Shown piece after piece: positions 11,601 through 19,857 of a stretch of 64,000 nt of DNA. The stretch is from an uncultured Verrucomicrobiae bacterium (lineage in GTDB: Bacteria > Verrucomicrobiota > Verrucomicrobiia > Chthoniobacterales > JAATET01): assembly GCA_963719495.1 (NCBI GenBank), contig CAVRCI010000003.1:1-64000 (forward strand). The letters are read 5' to 3'. Positions within the stretch are counted from its first letter, which is position 1; each line of letters opens with the position of its first letter. Under the pieces are notes generated by a model. The model was given only the letters and a program-made list of their open reading frames with translations. It did no database searches and had not been told where the DNA came from. Both the position numbers and the translations under genes were made by a program.

Positions 11601-11695
11601 CGTCCTTCTTCCAGGGCACCACCGGGGTTGGCTACACCTTCCTCCGGCTCCTCGATCCCTCCCTCCCCTCGGTTGCCAGTTTGCAACCGAGGTGA
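8684..11695 (+). CDS. lanM: Class II lanthipeptide synthetase LanM (start may be 8615, 8675 or 8684)
   Basis: Dehydratase motifs GDAHRGGR, IYKPR, YGWVEFV, DFHEENVI, LIDLETLF, RFLVRNTQIY, GDIPIF; cyclase motifs DLYSG, GLAHGAAG, WCSGAPG, HLCCG, FFQGTTGVGY. Confidence 0.95.
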   Translation: MKALDPRLVDDRLRAWESAISASPNPARLAQRWRYLGWSTDEARTRLAGAALFETQPPDKAHSLLQRGLARLESSPLGPLDDEVPFGEIFSPLAHATADGLAGLPLSLVRELTRTLAELAAPALISELSSGRLGLLPPRREPYARLAVDLRAGGLRSRLDRWPVLARELALALQHWRTSVAEFLDRLARDREALAETFPGAEGDIIAIDGQLGDAHRGGRRVMGLTFADGRRLIYKPRGLRMDVAWHDLIEWLRIRNPASQLRAPHALDRGDYGWVEFVAPGTPADPAAYYHSAGELLALAWICGGSDFHEENVIATANGPVLIDLETLFTPTPRPFGATDAELAAAGDAPTFDTGVLTTLLLPVWQIDERGNARDLSGFSGTQRASAGWHEPTWLDLGTDRMRQEMRPAPDQQPGNVPRDAAGHLIPATPFADEVVTGFTAAARTLLAARYDLPLAPFRGAEIRFLVRNTQIYGVMRQRLGRPEFLASAIDRSIEIEKLARPFLPPDPAADCPEVFKCYEAERRGLENGDIPIFHAHNDETTLRGDGGVAVRDYFWRTGWQNAQDKLRQLDASVIAEQAALVRASLTLRYSKSDPAPPDDWLGVATSIAGDLAARAIPLRDGGISWLSFGFDPLRKMQTASLMGLDLYSGSLGVAVFLAALARVTGESRWLDLALDSTRPRLDEMRRDRNRPFLTHLPLGVGSGLGSLLYGSQLLANLTGQDDYLEDAAFFAKLIGERPDTPGDIDDLLGGGAGAILALVQLHAQTGDPSLLESAIRLGDTLVARRVASGDGLRAWQPEFALRPLTGLAHGAAGFAWALSRLGEATGESRFLEASTEAIAYERSTFRPDPGNWPDFRRGACTTDRDAFMWGWCSGAPGVGLARIAQGFSDTETRTEINVAIADARHGPALTPTHLCCGESARIELLLEASKITPHSDLREAAVARARPILTQRNDAGHFPLTGADRGRLFAPSFFQGTTGVGYTFLRLLDPSLPSVASLQPR

Positions 11696-11707
11696 CCTCT
11701 CCGGATC

Positions 11708-12067
11708 TCAACGCCAGTCCTTGGGCTGGCAGTTCGTGACCTCAGGAGCCGCCGCGGTCAGGATCCCGGATATCGCACACATCAGCCCCAGAGAGAAAAG
11801 GCTCGCCATCACGTTGGTCGGCGAGTCCGCCTTCCAGCCCGCGCCACCCGCGACGGCTCCCAGCTCTTCTTCCGACAACTCCCGCGTCGTCGCCGCCGCG
11901 CTGGCGAGGAATTCTTCTCCGGTGAACGGAGTTCCCACTTCCCGCGACAAGTCCGCCAAGTCTGCAGCCGCCGCCTTCGCCGCGTCCGCGTGGATTGCCT
12001 GAACTTTCGCCTGGAGCTCGGGATCGTTGGCGATCGCCGCGCTGAATTTTTCAATGTTTGGATTCAT
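11708..12067 (-). CDS. Nif11-like leader lanthipeptide precursor 4
   Basis: Leader MNPNIEKFSAAIANDPELQAK...ELSEEELGAVAGG; core AGWKADSPTNVMASLFSLGLMCAISGILTAAAPEVTNCQPKDWR. Confidence 0.9.
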   Translation of the reverse strand: MNPNIEKFSAAIANDPELQAKVQAIHADAAKAAAADLADLSREVGTPFTGEEFLASAAATTRELSEEELGAVAGGAGWKADSPTNVMASLFSLGLMCAISGILTAAAPEVTNCQPKDWR

Positions 12068-12141
12068 GATTTGATTTTTGTGATTCGATCTCTCGACGAG
12101 CCGATTGGACCTCCTCCATCGCAGCCAAACCACCCCTTTGT

Positions 12142-12173
12142 GCCGAACGGCCGGCAGACCCCGGACGAACGGC
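12142..12173 (-). promoter_or_regulatory. Putative LytTR direct-repeat site upstream of precursor 4
   Basis: GCCGTTCGTC and GCCGTTCGGC on the minus strand, 22-nt period. Confidence 0.7.
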
Positions 12174-12206
12174 TGTCCGTCGCAACAAATCCCCACCGCG
12201 TATCCG

Positions 12207-13526
12207 CTACGGCACTCGCGTCGCCATGAACTCCTGCAACCGCTCCCGCATCACCACAACGTCGCTGCCGTAATCATACTCGCCGATCCGATTCTCCGAT
12301 TCGCCCGGGTCACTTGCCAGATCGAACAGCACGTCGGGACCCCATTCCCCGAAGGTGAGATATTTCAAATTGCCGCGCTTGATCATGAAATGATCCGCCT
12401 CGAATTGCGAAAACGTCTCGTTCTCCCACCGCCCGTCACGCCCCTCGAGGAGCGGCAACAAGCTCCGTCCGTCGAGATCATCCGGCACGCCGATCCCGGC
12501 CAGCCCACACAGCGTCGGATACACATCCACGAGGTTCACGTTCTGCCGTCGCCGTCCCGGCGCAAACCGCTCGACGTCCCGCACAAACAGCGGCACCCGC
12601 ACACTTCCCTCGTAAAATTTCCGTTTCTCCCAGAGCGAATGCTCGCCCAACATCTCGCCGTGGTCCGCCGTGAAAACGATGGTCCACTCGTCCGGATCCT
12701 CCCCCTCGTCCCGCAGCCCCTGGAGCACTCGACCAAACTCCGCGTCGACCCGCTCCACCAACGCGTAGTAGGCCGCCGTCGCGTCGAGCACCTGCTCCGC
12801 CGTCACGACGTCTCCGCACGGCAACGCGCCGATCGCCAGCGCCGGATGACCCGGCACCCCCTCGTCCGTCCGGGCCCTCACCCGCTCGCGGTAATAATCG
12901 AACGTCTCCCGATCCGCCAGCAGCGGGAAATGCGGCTGCTGCAGACTCACCTTGAGCAGCACCGGGGGCGATTCCGTCTCACCCCGCCGATACATTCCAC
13001 CGAAATGCATCCGCAGGAAATCCAGCGCACCGTCGACCGTGTACTCGTCGTGAATCTCGAGCGGCGATTCGCCCACCCCGGCCAACGCCAGTTCTTCCGC
13101 CCCCCGCCATTTCATCCGACCGACCTGTGCCCGCCGCCGATTCGGTGGGGTATCCGGCCAATTCACCGCCGCCTCCGATCCGATCCGGTGCATCCAGCCC
13201 TGCATCTGATCCGGCCCCCGGTGGTGCAGCTTCCCGCACGCCACGGTGTAATAACCCGCCTCGGAAAAGCGCCGCGCGAACGTATCCGAACCCGGCTCGA
13301 GGTCATCGCCAAAATACTCGCACCCGATGTGCAGCGGATATTTACCCGTCGCCAGACACTGCCGCCCGGGGATGCAAACCGGCGACGCTGCGTAAGCATT
13401 GTCGAAAATGACCGCCTCCTCCGCGAGGGCATCGAGATTCGGGGTCCGACACACCGGGTTCCCCATGAACCCCGGCAAATCAAACCGCAGCTCGTCCGCC
13501 ATCAAAAAAAGCACGTTCCGCCCCAT
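12207..13526 (-). CDS. Sulfatase (formylglycine-dependent, choline-sulfatase-like)
   Basis: NVLFLMADELR, TPNLDALA, CIPGR (CxPxR), GKLH, FTADHGEMLGEH, YEGSVRVPL. Confidence 0.93.
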   Translation of the reverse strand: MGRNVLFLMADELRFDLPGFMGNPVCRTPNLDALAEEAVIFDNAYAASPVCIPGRQCLATGKYPLHIGCEYFGDDLEPGSDTFARRFSEAGYYTVACGKLHHRGPDQMQGWMHRIGSEAAVNWPDTPPNRRRAQVGRMKWRGAEELALAGVGESPLEIHDEYTVDGALDFLRMHFGGMYRRGETESPPVLLKVSLQQPHFPLLADRETFDYYRERVRARTDEGVPGHPALAIGALPCGDVVTAEQVLDATAAYYALVERVDAEFGRVLQGLRDEGEDPDEWTIVFTADHGEMLGEHSLWEKRKFYEGSVRVPLFVRDVERFAPGRRRQNVNLVDVYPTLCGLAGIGVPDDLDGRSLLPLLEGRDGRWENETFSQFEADHFMIKRGNLKYLTFGEWGPDVLFDLASDPGESENRIGEYDYGSDVVVMRERLQEFMATRVP

Positions 13527-13649
13527 CGCGCCGCTCGGTATGCCCCGACCCCACCCCACCGCGCAAGCCTAAGCGACTCCCCGCCACCAGACGGCCACCC
13601 AACACCAACGCTCGCCACGACGCGTAAATTCGGGAAACCTCCGCCATCC

Positions 13650-15743
13650 ATGCCGCATCGACCCGTCCTCACCCACACCCACACCCACGGCGAACACAAG
13701 CTCCGCTACGGCCACCCGCTTCCCTTCGGCGCGAGCCTGATCCCCGGCGGCATTAATTTCTCCATCTACTCGGCCAACGCAACGGCCTGCACGCTCGTCC
13801 TCTTCGAGCGCGGAGCCACCCACCCATTCGTCGAGATCCCGTTCCCGCCGGAATTCCGCATCGGCGACGTCTTTGCGATGATCGTGTTCGAACTCGATTC
13901 GCAGCGTATCGAATACGGCTACCGCTTCGACGGCCCCAGCGATCCCGCGCACGTCCATCGCTTCGACCCCTCCCTCGTCCTCCTCGACCCACTCGCCACC
14001 GCGATCGCCGGTCGCGAGACCTGGATGCAACCCGCCGACCCCCACATCGACTACCCCCACCGCGCCCGCATCATCGAGGAAGATTTCGACTGGGGTCACG
14101 ACCGACCTCTGCAGATCCCGGAAGCCAAACTCGTTATCTACGAGATGCACGTCCGCGGATTCACCCGCCACGAGTCTTCCGGCGCCACCCACCCCGGCAC
14201 CTTCGATGCCATCCGCGAAAAAATTCCCTACTTCCAGTCCATCGGCATCAATTGCCTCGAACTCCTCCCCATTTTCGAATTCGACGAACGGGAAAATACC
14301 CGCACCAACCCGCTCACGGGCGAGACCCTTTGCAATTACTGGGGCTACAGCACCGTCGGGTTCAACGCCCCGAAATCCGCGTTCGCCGCCAGCGGCCCAA
14401 CCGGCGACCAGGCCAACGAAGTCCGCGCGCTCGTCAAGGACCTTCACGCCGCCGGCATCCAAATCGTTCTCGATGTCGTCTTCAATCACACCGCCGAGGG
14501 CGGCGAAGGCGGCCCCACCATTTCATTCCGCGGCATCGACAATAAGACCTACTACATGCTCCTGCCCGACGGCGGCTACGCGAACCACACCGGCTGCGGA
14601 AACACGGTGAATTGCAACCACCCCATCGTCCGCAATTTCGTCCGCGACACCCTTCGCTACTGGGCCGCCGAATACCACATCGACGGCTTCCGCTTCGACC
14701 TTGCCTCCGTCCTCGGCCGCGACGAAAACGGCGCGCCGCTCGCCGACCCGCCGCTCATCGAAGACCTCGCCCACGACCCCGTCCTGGCCAACTGCAACCT
14801 CATCGCCGAAGCCTGGGACGCCGGCGGCCTCTACCAGGTCGGCAATTTCCCCGACTACGGCCGCTGGACCGAGTGGAACGGCAAATTCCGCGACGCCGCC
14901 CGCCGCTTCCTCAAAGGCGACGCCGGCCTCACCGGCGAGATCGCCCAGCGCATCATGGGATCCCCCGACCTCTACCGCGCCGCCGGTCGCAAGCCGACCG
15001 CATCCGTCAATTTCATCACCTGCCACGACGGCTTCACCCTCCACGACCTCTTCGCCTACAACGAAAAGCACAACCTCGAGAACGGCGAGACGAACCGCGA
15101 CGGCACCAACGATAATCTCAGCTGGAACTGCGGAGCCGAAGGTCCCACCGACGACCCGAAAATCAACGCCCTCCGCCTGCGCCTCCAAAAAAATGCCCTC
15201 ACTCTCCTCATGTTGAGCCAGGGCGTCCCAATGATCTGGATGGGCGACGAATGCGAGCGCACCCAACGCGGCAACAACAATGCCTACTGCCAGGACGAGC
15301 CGTGGAATTGGTTTGACTGGACGCTCACCGACAACAACGAACTCCTCGCCTTCTTCAAAAAACTCACCGCCCTCCGCCGCGACTACCCCGCCCTCCGCCA
15401 GCCGGAATTCCTCACCGGCCACGATTGCGTCGGCAGCGGCTACCCCGACATCTCGTGGCACGGCACCGAGCCGTGGCAGCCCGATTGGTCGGCCGACGCC
15501 CACACCGTCGCCTTCCTCCTCTGCGGCCGCCACGCGGAGAAACTCCCCAACAGCCCCGCCACCTTCCTCTACGCCGCCTTCAACATGCACTGGGAGGACA
15601 AGACCTTCGAACTCCCCATCCTCCCCAAAGGCCTCACCTACCACCCGATCCTCGACACCGCCACCGACGACGCAACCGCGCCCAAGGAAAACAAAATCAC
15701 CCTAAAACCCCGCTCCATCCAAATCCACACCGGCAAAACCTAA
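13650..15743 (+). CDS. glgX: Glycogen debranching enzyme / isoamylase (GH13)
   Basis: GINFSIYSANA, IYEMHVRGFT, NYWGYST, DVVFNHTAEG, DGFRFDLA, LIAEAWD, NFITCHDGFTL, RTQRGNNNAYCQD. Confidence 0.96.
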   Translation: MPHRPVLTHTHTHGEHKLRYGHPLPFGASLIPGGINFSIYSANATACTLVLFERGATHPFVEIPFPPEFRIGDVFAMIVFELDSQRIEYGYRFDGPSDPAHVHRFDPSLVLLDPLATAIAGRETWMQPADPHIDYPHRARIIEEDFDWGHDRPLQIPEAKLVIYEMHVRGFTRHESSGATHPGTFDAIREKIPYFQSIGINCLELLPIFEFDERENTRTNPLTGETLCNYWGYSTVGFNAPKSAFAASGPTGDQANEVRALVKDLHAAGIQIVLDVVFNHTAEGGEGGPTISFRGIDNKTYYMLLPDGGYANHTGCGNTVNCNHPIVRNFVRDTLRYWAAEYHIDGFRFDLASVLGRDENGAPLADPPLIEDLAHDPVLANCNLIAEAWDAGGLYQVGNFPDYGRWTEWNGKFRDAARRFLKGDAGLTGEIAQRIMGSPDLYRAAGRKPTASVNFITCHDGFTLHDLFAYNEKHNLENGETNRDGTNDNLSWNCGAEGPTDDPKINALRLRLQKNALTLLMLSQGVPMIWMGDECERTQRGNNNAYCQDEPWNWFDWTLTDNNELLAFFKKLTALRRDYPALRQPEFLTGHDCVGSGYPDISWHGTEPWQPDWSADAHTVAFLLCGRHAEKLPNSPATFLYAAFNMHWEDKTFELPILPKGLTYHPILDTATDDATAPKENKITLKPRSIQIHTGKT

Positions 15744-15876
15744 AGCCTCCCGCGGGAAGGCCGGGGACCGCGGGCTTCCAGCCCGCCGCGTCGAGCTTCC
15801 AGCTCGAAGCCCCCAACCCTACGGCAAAGCCGCACTCCCCCCACCACCACCAGCCACCAGTCTCCAATCACTCACC

Positions 15877-16345
15877 TTGCTCCCCGACCTCCACCTAGCC
15901 GCCACCCTCTTCATGACCGGCCTCATCTGTTTCGTGCAGGTCGTCCATTACCCCCTCTTCCACCGCGTCCCGTCCGACGCGTTCGTCGCCTACGAGCACG
16001 CCCACACCACCCGCACCGGCTGGGTCGTCGGCCCCGTCATGCTCCTCGAACTCGCCACCGCCGTCGCCCTCCTCCTCGAGAGCCCCGCGCTCCGCGGATC
16101 GCCCGCCTTCCTTCACCTCCCTCGCGCTCCTCGCCCTCATCTGGATCGCCACCGCCACCGTCCAAATCCCCCTCCACCGCCGCCTCGCCAGCACCCCCGA
16201 CCCCGCCGCCATCACCGCCCTCGTCCGCTCGAATTGGCTCCGCACGACCGCCTGGACCCTCCGTTCCGTTCTTCTGTTCATCGCCTTTCAATCAGCCGAA
16301 ATCACCCTCGAAATACAACTTGCGCCCAGGCTCCCCGGGCAATAG
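15877..16345 (+). CDS. Conserved small membrane protein, one frameshift near 16120
   Basis: MTGLICFVQVVHYPLF...VVGPVMLLELATA, continuing in another frame as LALIWIATATVQIPLHRRLA...LVRSNWLRTTAWTLR. Confidence 0.65.
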
Positions 16346-16384
16346 ATTCCCCGCCTTTTCCACTCACCCAGTTCCGCTTCTCTC

Positions 16385-17038
16385 ATGCCCACCAAGAAAT
16401 CCGCCGACGAAAAGACGCCGGCCAAGCCGAAGGCCAAAGCCCCGGCAAAATCCCCCGCCAAACCGAAATCCACCAAGGCCGCCAAAGCCGCCAAGGCTCC
16501 GAAAGCCGCCCCGGCTCCCGAAGAGACCCCCGCCGCCGCGAAAAAGCCCGGCAACGGCGCGAAAGCCGCCCCTGTCAAGCTCTCCCCCTTCCACGAGAAA
16601 CAGCGCGAGCGCCTGCTCATCCTCAAGGACACCCTCCTCGACAGCATGAATGGCGTCGCCCGCGACAGCCTGCGCAACGGCGGCGACAGCGAGTCCGCCT
16701 TCGGCATGCACCAAGCCGACGCCGGCAGTGACGCCTACGATCGTGACTTCGCGTTGAGCCTCCTTTCCCAGGAGCAGGACAGCCTCTACGAGATCGACGA
16801 AGCTCTCAAACGGCTCGAAGACGGCAACTACGGCAATTGCGAAATGTCCGGCAAGCCCATCATGAAAGCCAGGCTTGAAGCTCTGCCCTTCACCCGCTAC
16901 ACCGTCGAGTGCCAGGCCGAGATCGAGAAGCGCGGGCGCTATCGCAAGCACAATCAACCCGTCGCATCCCTCTTCGGGCTCACCGACGGCGACGACGACG
17001 GCGACGACGACGACAACTCATCCGACAGCAAAGACTAA
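16385..17038 (+). CDS. dksA: TraR/DksA family transcription factor with Lys/Ala/Pro-rich N-terminus
   Basis: HQADAGSD, LYEIDEALKRLEDGNYGNCEMSGKPIMKARLEALPFTRYTVECQ. Confidence 0.9.
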   Translation: MPTKKSADEKTPAKPKAKAPAKSPAKPKSTKAAKAAKAPKAAPAPEETPAAAKKPGNGAKAAPVKLSPFHEKQRERLLILKDTLLDSMNGVARDSLRNGGDSESAFGMHQADAGSDAYDRDFALSLLSQEQDSLYEIDEALKRLEDGNYGNCEMSGKPIMKARLEALPFTRYTVECQAEIEKRGRYRKHNQPVASLFGLTDGDDDGDDDDNSSDSKD

Positions 17039-17047
17039 TCAATCATT

Positions 17048-17221
17048 ATGGCACAGGACATCATCACCCTCGAATGCACCGAGGCTCGAGCCGAAGGGAA
17101 ATCCCCTTCCCGCTACATGAGCTCGCGCAATAAAAAGAGCCCGCAGACTCCCAACCGGCTCGAAAAGAAAAAATACAACCCGGCCCTCAAGCGCCACACT
17201 CTCCACCGCGAGATTCGCTAA
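17048..17221 (+). CDS. rpmG: 50S ribosomal protein L33 (57 aa; not in the ORF track)
   Basis: [30 protein letters not shown]...[21 protein letters not shown]. Confidence 0.95.
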   Translation: MAQDIITLECTEARAEGKSPSRYMSSRNKKSPQTPNRLEKKKYNPALKRHTLHREIR

Positions 17222-17227
17222 CTCATC

Positions 17228-17467
17228 ATGCAACCGAAAAACGCCAAACGCCGCTCCGCCTTCCGCCGCGCGAATCGCCGCATCCCCCGCCGCCGCATCG
17301 ACCTCGCCGTCGAGGCCATCGACTACAAGAACCCCGATCTCCTCAAGCGCTTCGTCACCGAAAGCGGCAAGATCCTGCCCCGTCGCATGACCGGCATGCC
17401 CGCCCACCTGCACCGCAAAATCACCCGCGAGATCAAACGCTCCCGCGCCAGCCTCCTCATGCGCTAA
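17228..17467 (+). CDS. rpsR: 30S ribosomal protein S18
   Basis: IDYKNPDLLKRFVTESGKILPRRMTG...ITREIKRSR. Confidence 0.96.
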   Translation: MQPKNAKRRSAFRRANRRIPRRRIDLAVEAIDYKNPDLLKRFVTESGKILPRRMTGMPAHLHRKITREIKRSRASLLMR

Positions 17468-17495
17468 GCCGGAAAAACAATTTCCCCTCCCAACC

Positions 17496-17535
17496 AAGGG
17501 ACGTTCCCGCGCAAGCGGCACGTCCCTTATTGTTT
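17496..17535 (+). terminator. Probable intrinsic terminator after rpsR
   Basis: Hairpin AAGGGACGT-TCCCGC-GCAA-GCGG-C-ACGTCCCTT followed by ATTGTTT. Confidence 0.6.
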
Positions 17536-17860
17536 GTTCAGCAAACACAGTCGGCAAAGCCGACCCATCCAAGAAAAAATCCTGTCAGGTCGAGGACCAC
17601 GAACGCGCAGGCGAGTCGAGAAGCCAGTGATAACATTGGCAACCCGGCGGCGTCAGCCGACCCCATCGGGCATTCGGAGGGCGAGGCTCCGCCGAGCCGT
17701 GGCTTTCACGTTGGAATTCCGCGTCACTGAAGCCCAAGCTGCGTCCCTCCCGGTCACCCAAATCAAGCGTCCAAACACTTCAACCATCATAGACCCCCGA
17801 ACGTGGCAGCTTTCCCGTGGCAGCAAAAGGACTGCCGTCGTATCTCGTGGATCGGGAAAG

Positions 17861-17932
17861 TGGGTTGGCTGGGACTCGAACCCAGAACCAATGCCTTAAA
17901 AGGGCACTGCTCTACCATTGAGCTACCAACCC
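17861..17932 (-). tRNA. tRNA-Lys (anticodon UUU), CCA not encoded
   Basis: GGGTTGGTAGCTCAATGGTAGAGCA-GTGCC-CTTTTAA-GGCAT-TGGTT-CTGGGTTCGAGTCCCAG-CCAACCCA folds as a cloverleaf. Confidence 0.95.
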
Positions 17933-17999
17933 GTAAAAAAAGTGAAACGAAAGGTTAGCGCGTCCCTCCGTCCGTTCAAGCCCTGGTTTCCCGAAAAGT

Positions 18000-18518
18000 T
18001 CAGCTTTTCAATTCAGCGACAGCTTTCGCCACTTCCTCGGCGTGCGTCTTCGTCTGAGCGCTCAACGACCGCCACACCACTTTCCCATCCTGGATCAGGA
18101 ACGACTGCCGCTTAGAAATTCCCATCACCATCGTCGGAACACCGAACGCCTCGATCACCTTCCCGTCCGCGTCAGCGATCAGCGTGAACGGCAAATCGTA
18201 GGCTTCCTTGAATTTTTTCTGATCCGCCGGCTTGTCGTGACTCACTCCAAGGATCGTCACGCCATCGGCCTTGAGATCAGCGATCGAATCCCGCAGCGAG
18301 CAAGCCTGCGCCGTGCAGCCCGGCGTGCTCGCCTTCGGGTAAAAGTAAACGAGCGTCAGCCCCTGCGAGTAGACGTCGGCGAAAGCGACCGGATCACCGT
18401 TTTCGTCCGGCGCGATAATGACAGGTGCCGCGGCACCAACGGCGAGCGGTTCAGCGTGAAGATTGATTCCAAGAAAGGCCATGATTGCGAAGGCGGTGAG
18501 GGTTGGGATTGGTTTCAT
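18000..18518 (-). CDS. Peroxiredoxin (Bcp/PrxQ) with signal peptide
   Basis: YFYPKASTPGCTAQAC, ILGVSHD, LPFTLIAD. Confidence 0.92.
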   Translation of the reverse strand: MKPIPTLTAFAIMAFLGINLHAEPLAVGAAAPVIIAPDENGDPVAFADVYSQGLTLVYFYPKASTPGCTAQACSLRDSIADLKADGVTILGVSHDKPADQKKFKEAYDLPFTLIADADGKVIEAFGVPTMVMGISKRQSFLIQDGKVVWRSLSAQTKTHAEEVAKAVAELKS

Positions 18519-18558
18519 GAACGGCAGGAAGCTGGCAGCATGCCAGCCAAAACCAAAC

Positions 18559-18656
18559 CTGTCATCTTGAACGATCTAAAAGATCTCCGGCTCACACTGC
18601 ATTCCTCACTGAGCGCCTGAGAAGCCAGAGATGCTTCGCTTCGCTCAGCACGACAG
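18559..18656. repeat. Palindromic intergenic repeat of the TGTCATCCTGAGCGAAGCGAAG type
   Basis: CTGTCATCTTGAACG...AGATCT paired with AGATGCTTCGCTTCGCTCAGCACGACAG; relatives at 24863, 26186 and 47978-48099. Confidence 0.7.
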
Positions 18657-18750
18657 TAAAACCAAGAGACCATTCCCATCCACCCGTTCATCATCCCACC
18701 CCCGCCACGAGCTTTTGATTAATCCCGCAATTCCCCTATTCTCGCCGCCA

Positions 18751-19791
18751 ATGCGCCCAACCGTCCTCGCAGCCCTGCTCACCGTCCTCTGGGTCAGCGG
18801 CTGTTCGAAGCCCACCCCCACCGACCCCCGGCTGGCAGCCCCAACCGAGCTCTGGGCCGCCCGTCCGCCCGACGCCACCATTTTTCTGAATCCCGGAGCG
18901 GCCGCCGCGCTCACCGACACCGCGAAGGACGTCACCCCGCCCACCAGCGATGAAACGAACACCCTCACCGACCCTTCGGCCTGGCGGAGCCTCGACCGCC
19001 GTCAGCGCTACGACGCCGTCCTCCTCGCCGGCCAACCCGCGGAAACCGCTCCTCTCGCCGCCCACCTGATCCAATCACCAGACTTCCGCCTCGAGCGCCT
19101 CGACAACTGGGGCTTCCTCTTCTCGCGGAAGCCCAGCGTCTCCTACCGCCCGCCTCCGCCAACCGAAGTCGTCCCGGACCTCTCCGATCCCACGCTTCGC
19201 GCCGATTACCTCGCCGCGTTTGCGGTGAATCTCGACACCATCGGAGCCTACGAAGCGGCGCGCGACTACCTCGACGCGGCGCGAGCCCTCGCGCCGGAAT
19301 CCGCGATGGTTCTCGTCCGCGAGGCCTACGTCGACCTTGCCCACAAACGCCATTCCGCCGCCGTAGCCGCCGCCAGCCGCGCGCTCGAGATTGCGCCGGA
19401 TTCCGCGCCCGCCCTCGAGATCGCGGCCCAATCGTTCGCCGCCGTCGGAGCGACGGACCGCGCCTGGCAGGTCGGCGAACGCCTCCTCGAAGTCGCGGGC
19501 TCCAACGACCCGCGCATCCTCTTCCTCCACGCCCGTCTTGCCAGCGACGCCCACGCCTACTCGCGGGAACAGGACTCGCTCGAGAGACTCGTCGCGATCA
19601 CCGAAGCGGTCGGGCGTTCCGCCACGTCCTACCGCGTTTACCTCGGCCAATCCTACGCCCGCCAAGCTCTCCCCCGCCCCGCTCTCAAACAGTTTGAAGC
19701 CGCCCTGGCCGATCCCGACCTTGGCGACCAGCAACGCGCCGACCTCCAGCTCACCATCGCGACGATCCGCGAAAAGACCGGTATCGAGTAG
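18751..19791 (+). CDS. TPR-containing lipoprotein
   Basis: Lipobox-like WVSGC; Ala-rich TPR helices (ARALAPES, ALEIAPDS, YLGQSYARQ). Confidence 0.75.
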   Translation: MRPTVLAALLTVLWVSGCSKPTPTDPRLAAPTELWAARPPDATIFLNPGAAAALTDTAKDVTPPTSDETNTLTDPSAWRSLDRRQRYDAVLLAGQPAETAPLAAHLIQSPDFRLERLDNWGFLFSRKPSVSYRPPPPTEVVPDLSDPTLRADYLAAFAVNLDTIGAYEAARDYLDAARALAPESAMVLVREAYVDLAHKRHSAAVAAASRALEIAPDSAPALEIAAQSFAAVGATDRAWQVGERLLEVAGSNDPRILFLHARLASDAHAYSREQDSLERLVAITEAVGRSATSYRVYLGQSYARQALPRPALKQFEAALADPDLGDQQRADLQLTIATIREKTGIE

Positions 19792-19857
19792 GTGACCGCT
19801 CGACGTCAAAAGCTCCGCCCCACTTGCAAACCCGTCGCTTCTACGCGATAAGCCCCC

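Noticed and set aside
13618..13628. CGACGCGTAAA between the sulfatase and glgX as an eighth operator
   Set aside because: Only the right part matches; the left arm lacks TYT. Possible but not counted.
12105..13649. 1212-aa ORF as a GlgX fusion
   Set aside because: The first 515 codons are the antisense shadow of the sulfatase; GlgX starts at 13650.
17536..17860. Structured ncRNA or integrated element next to tRNA-Lys
   Set aside because: I recognise no SRP, 6S, tmRNA or RNase P motif, only a REP-like GGAGGGCGAGGCTCCGCCGAGCC. No integrase or duplicated tRNA 3' end is seen. An Rfam scan would settle it.
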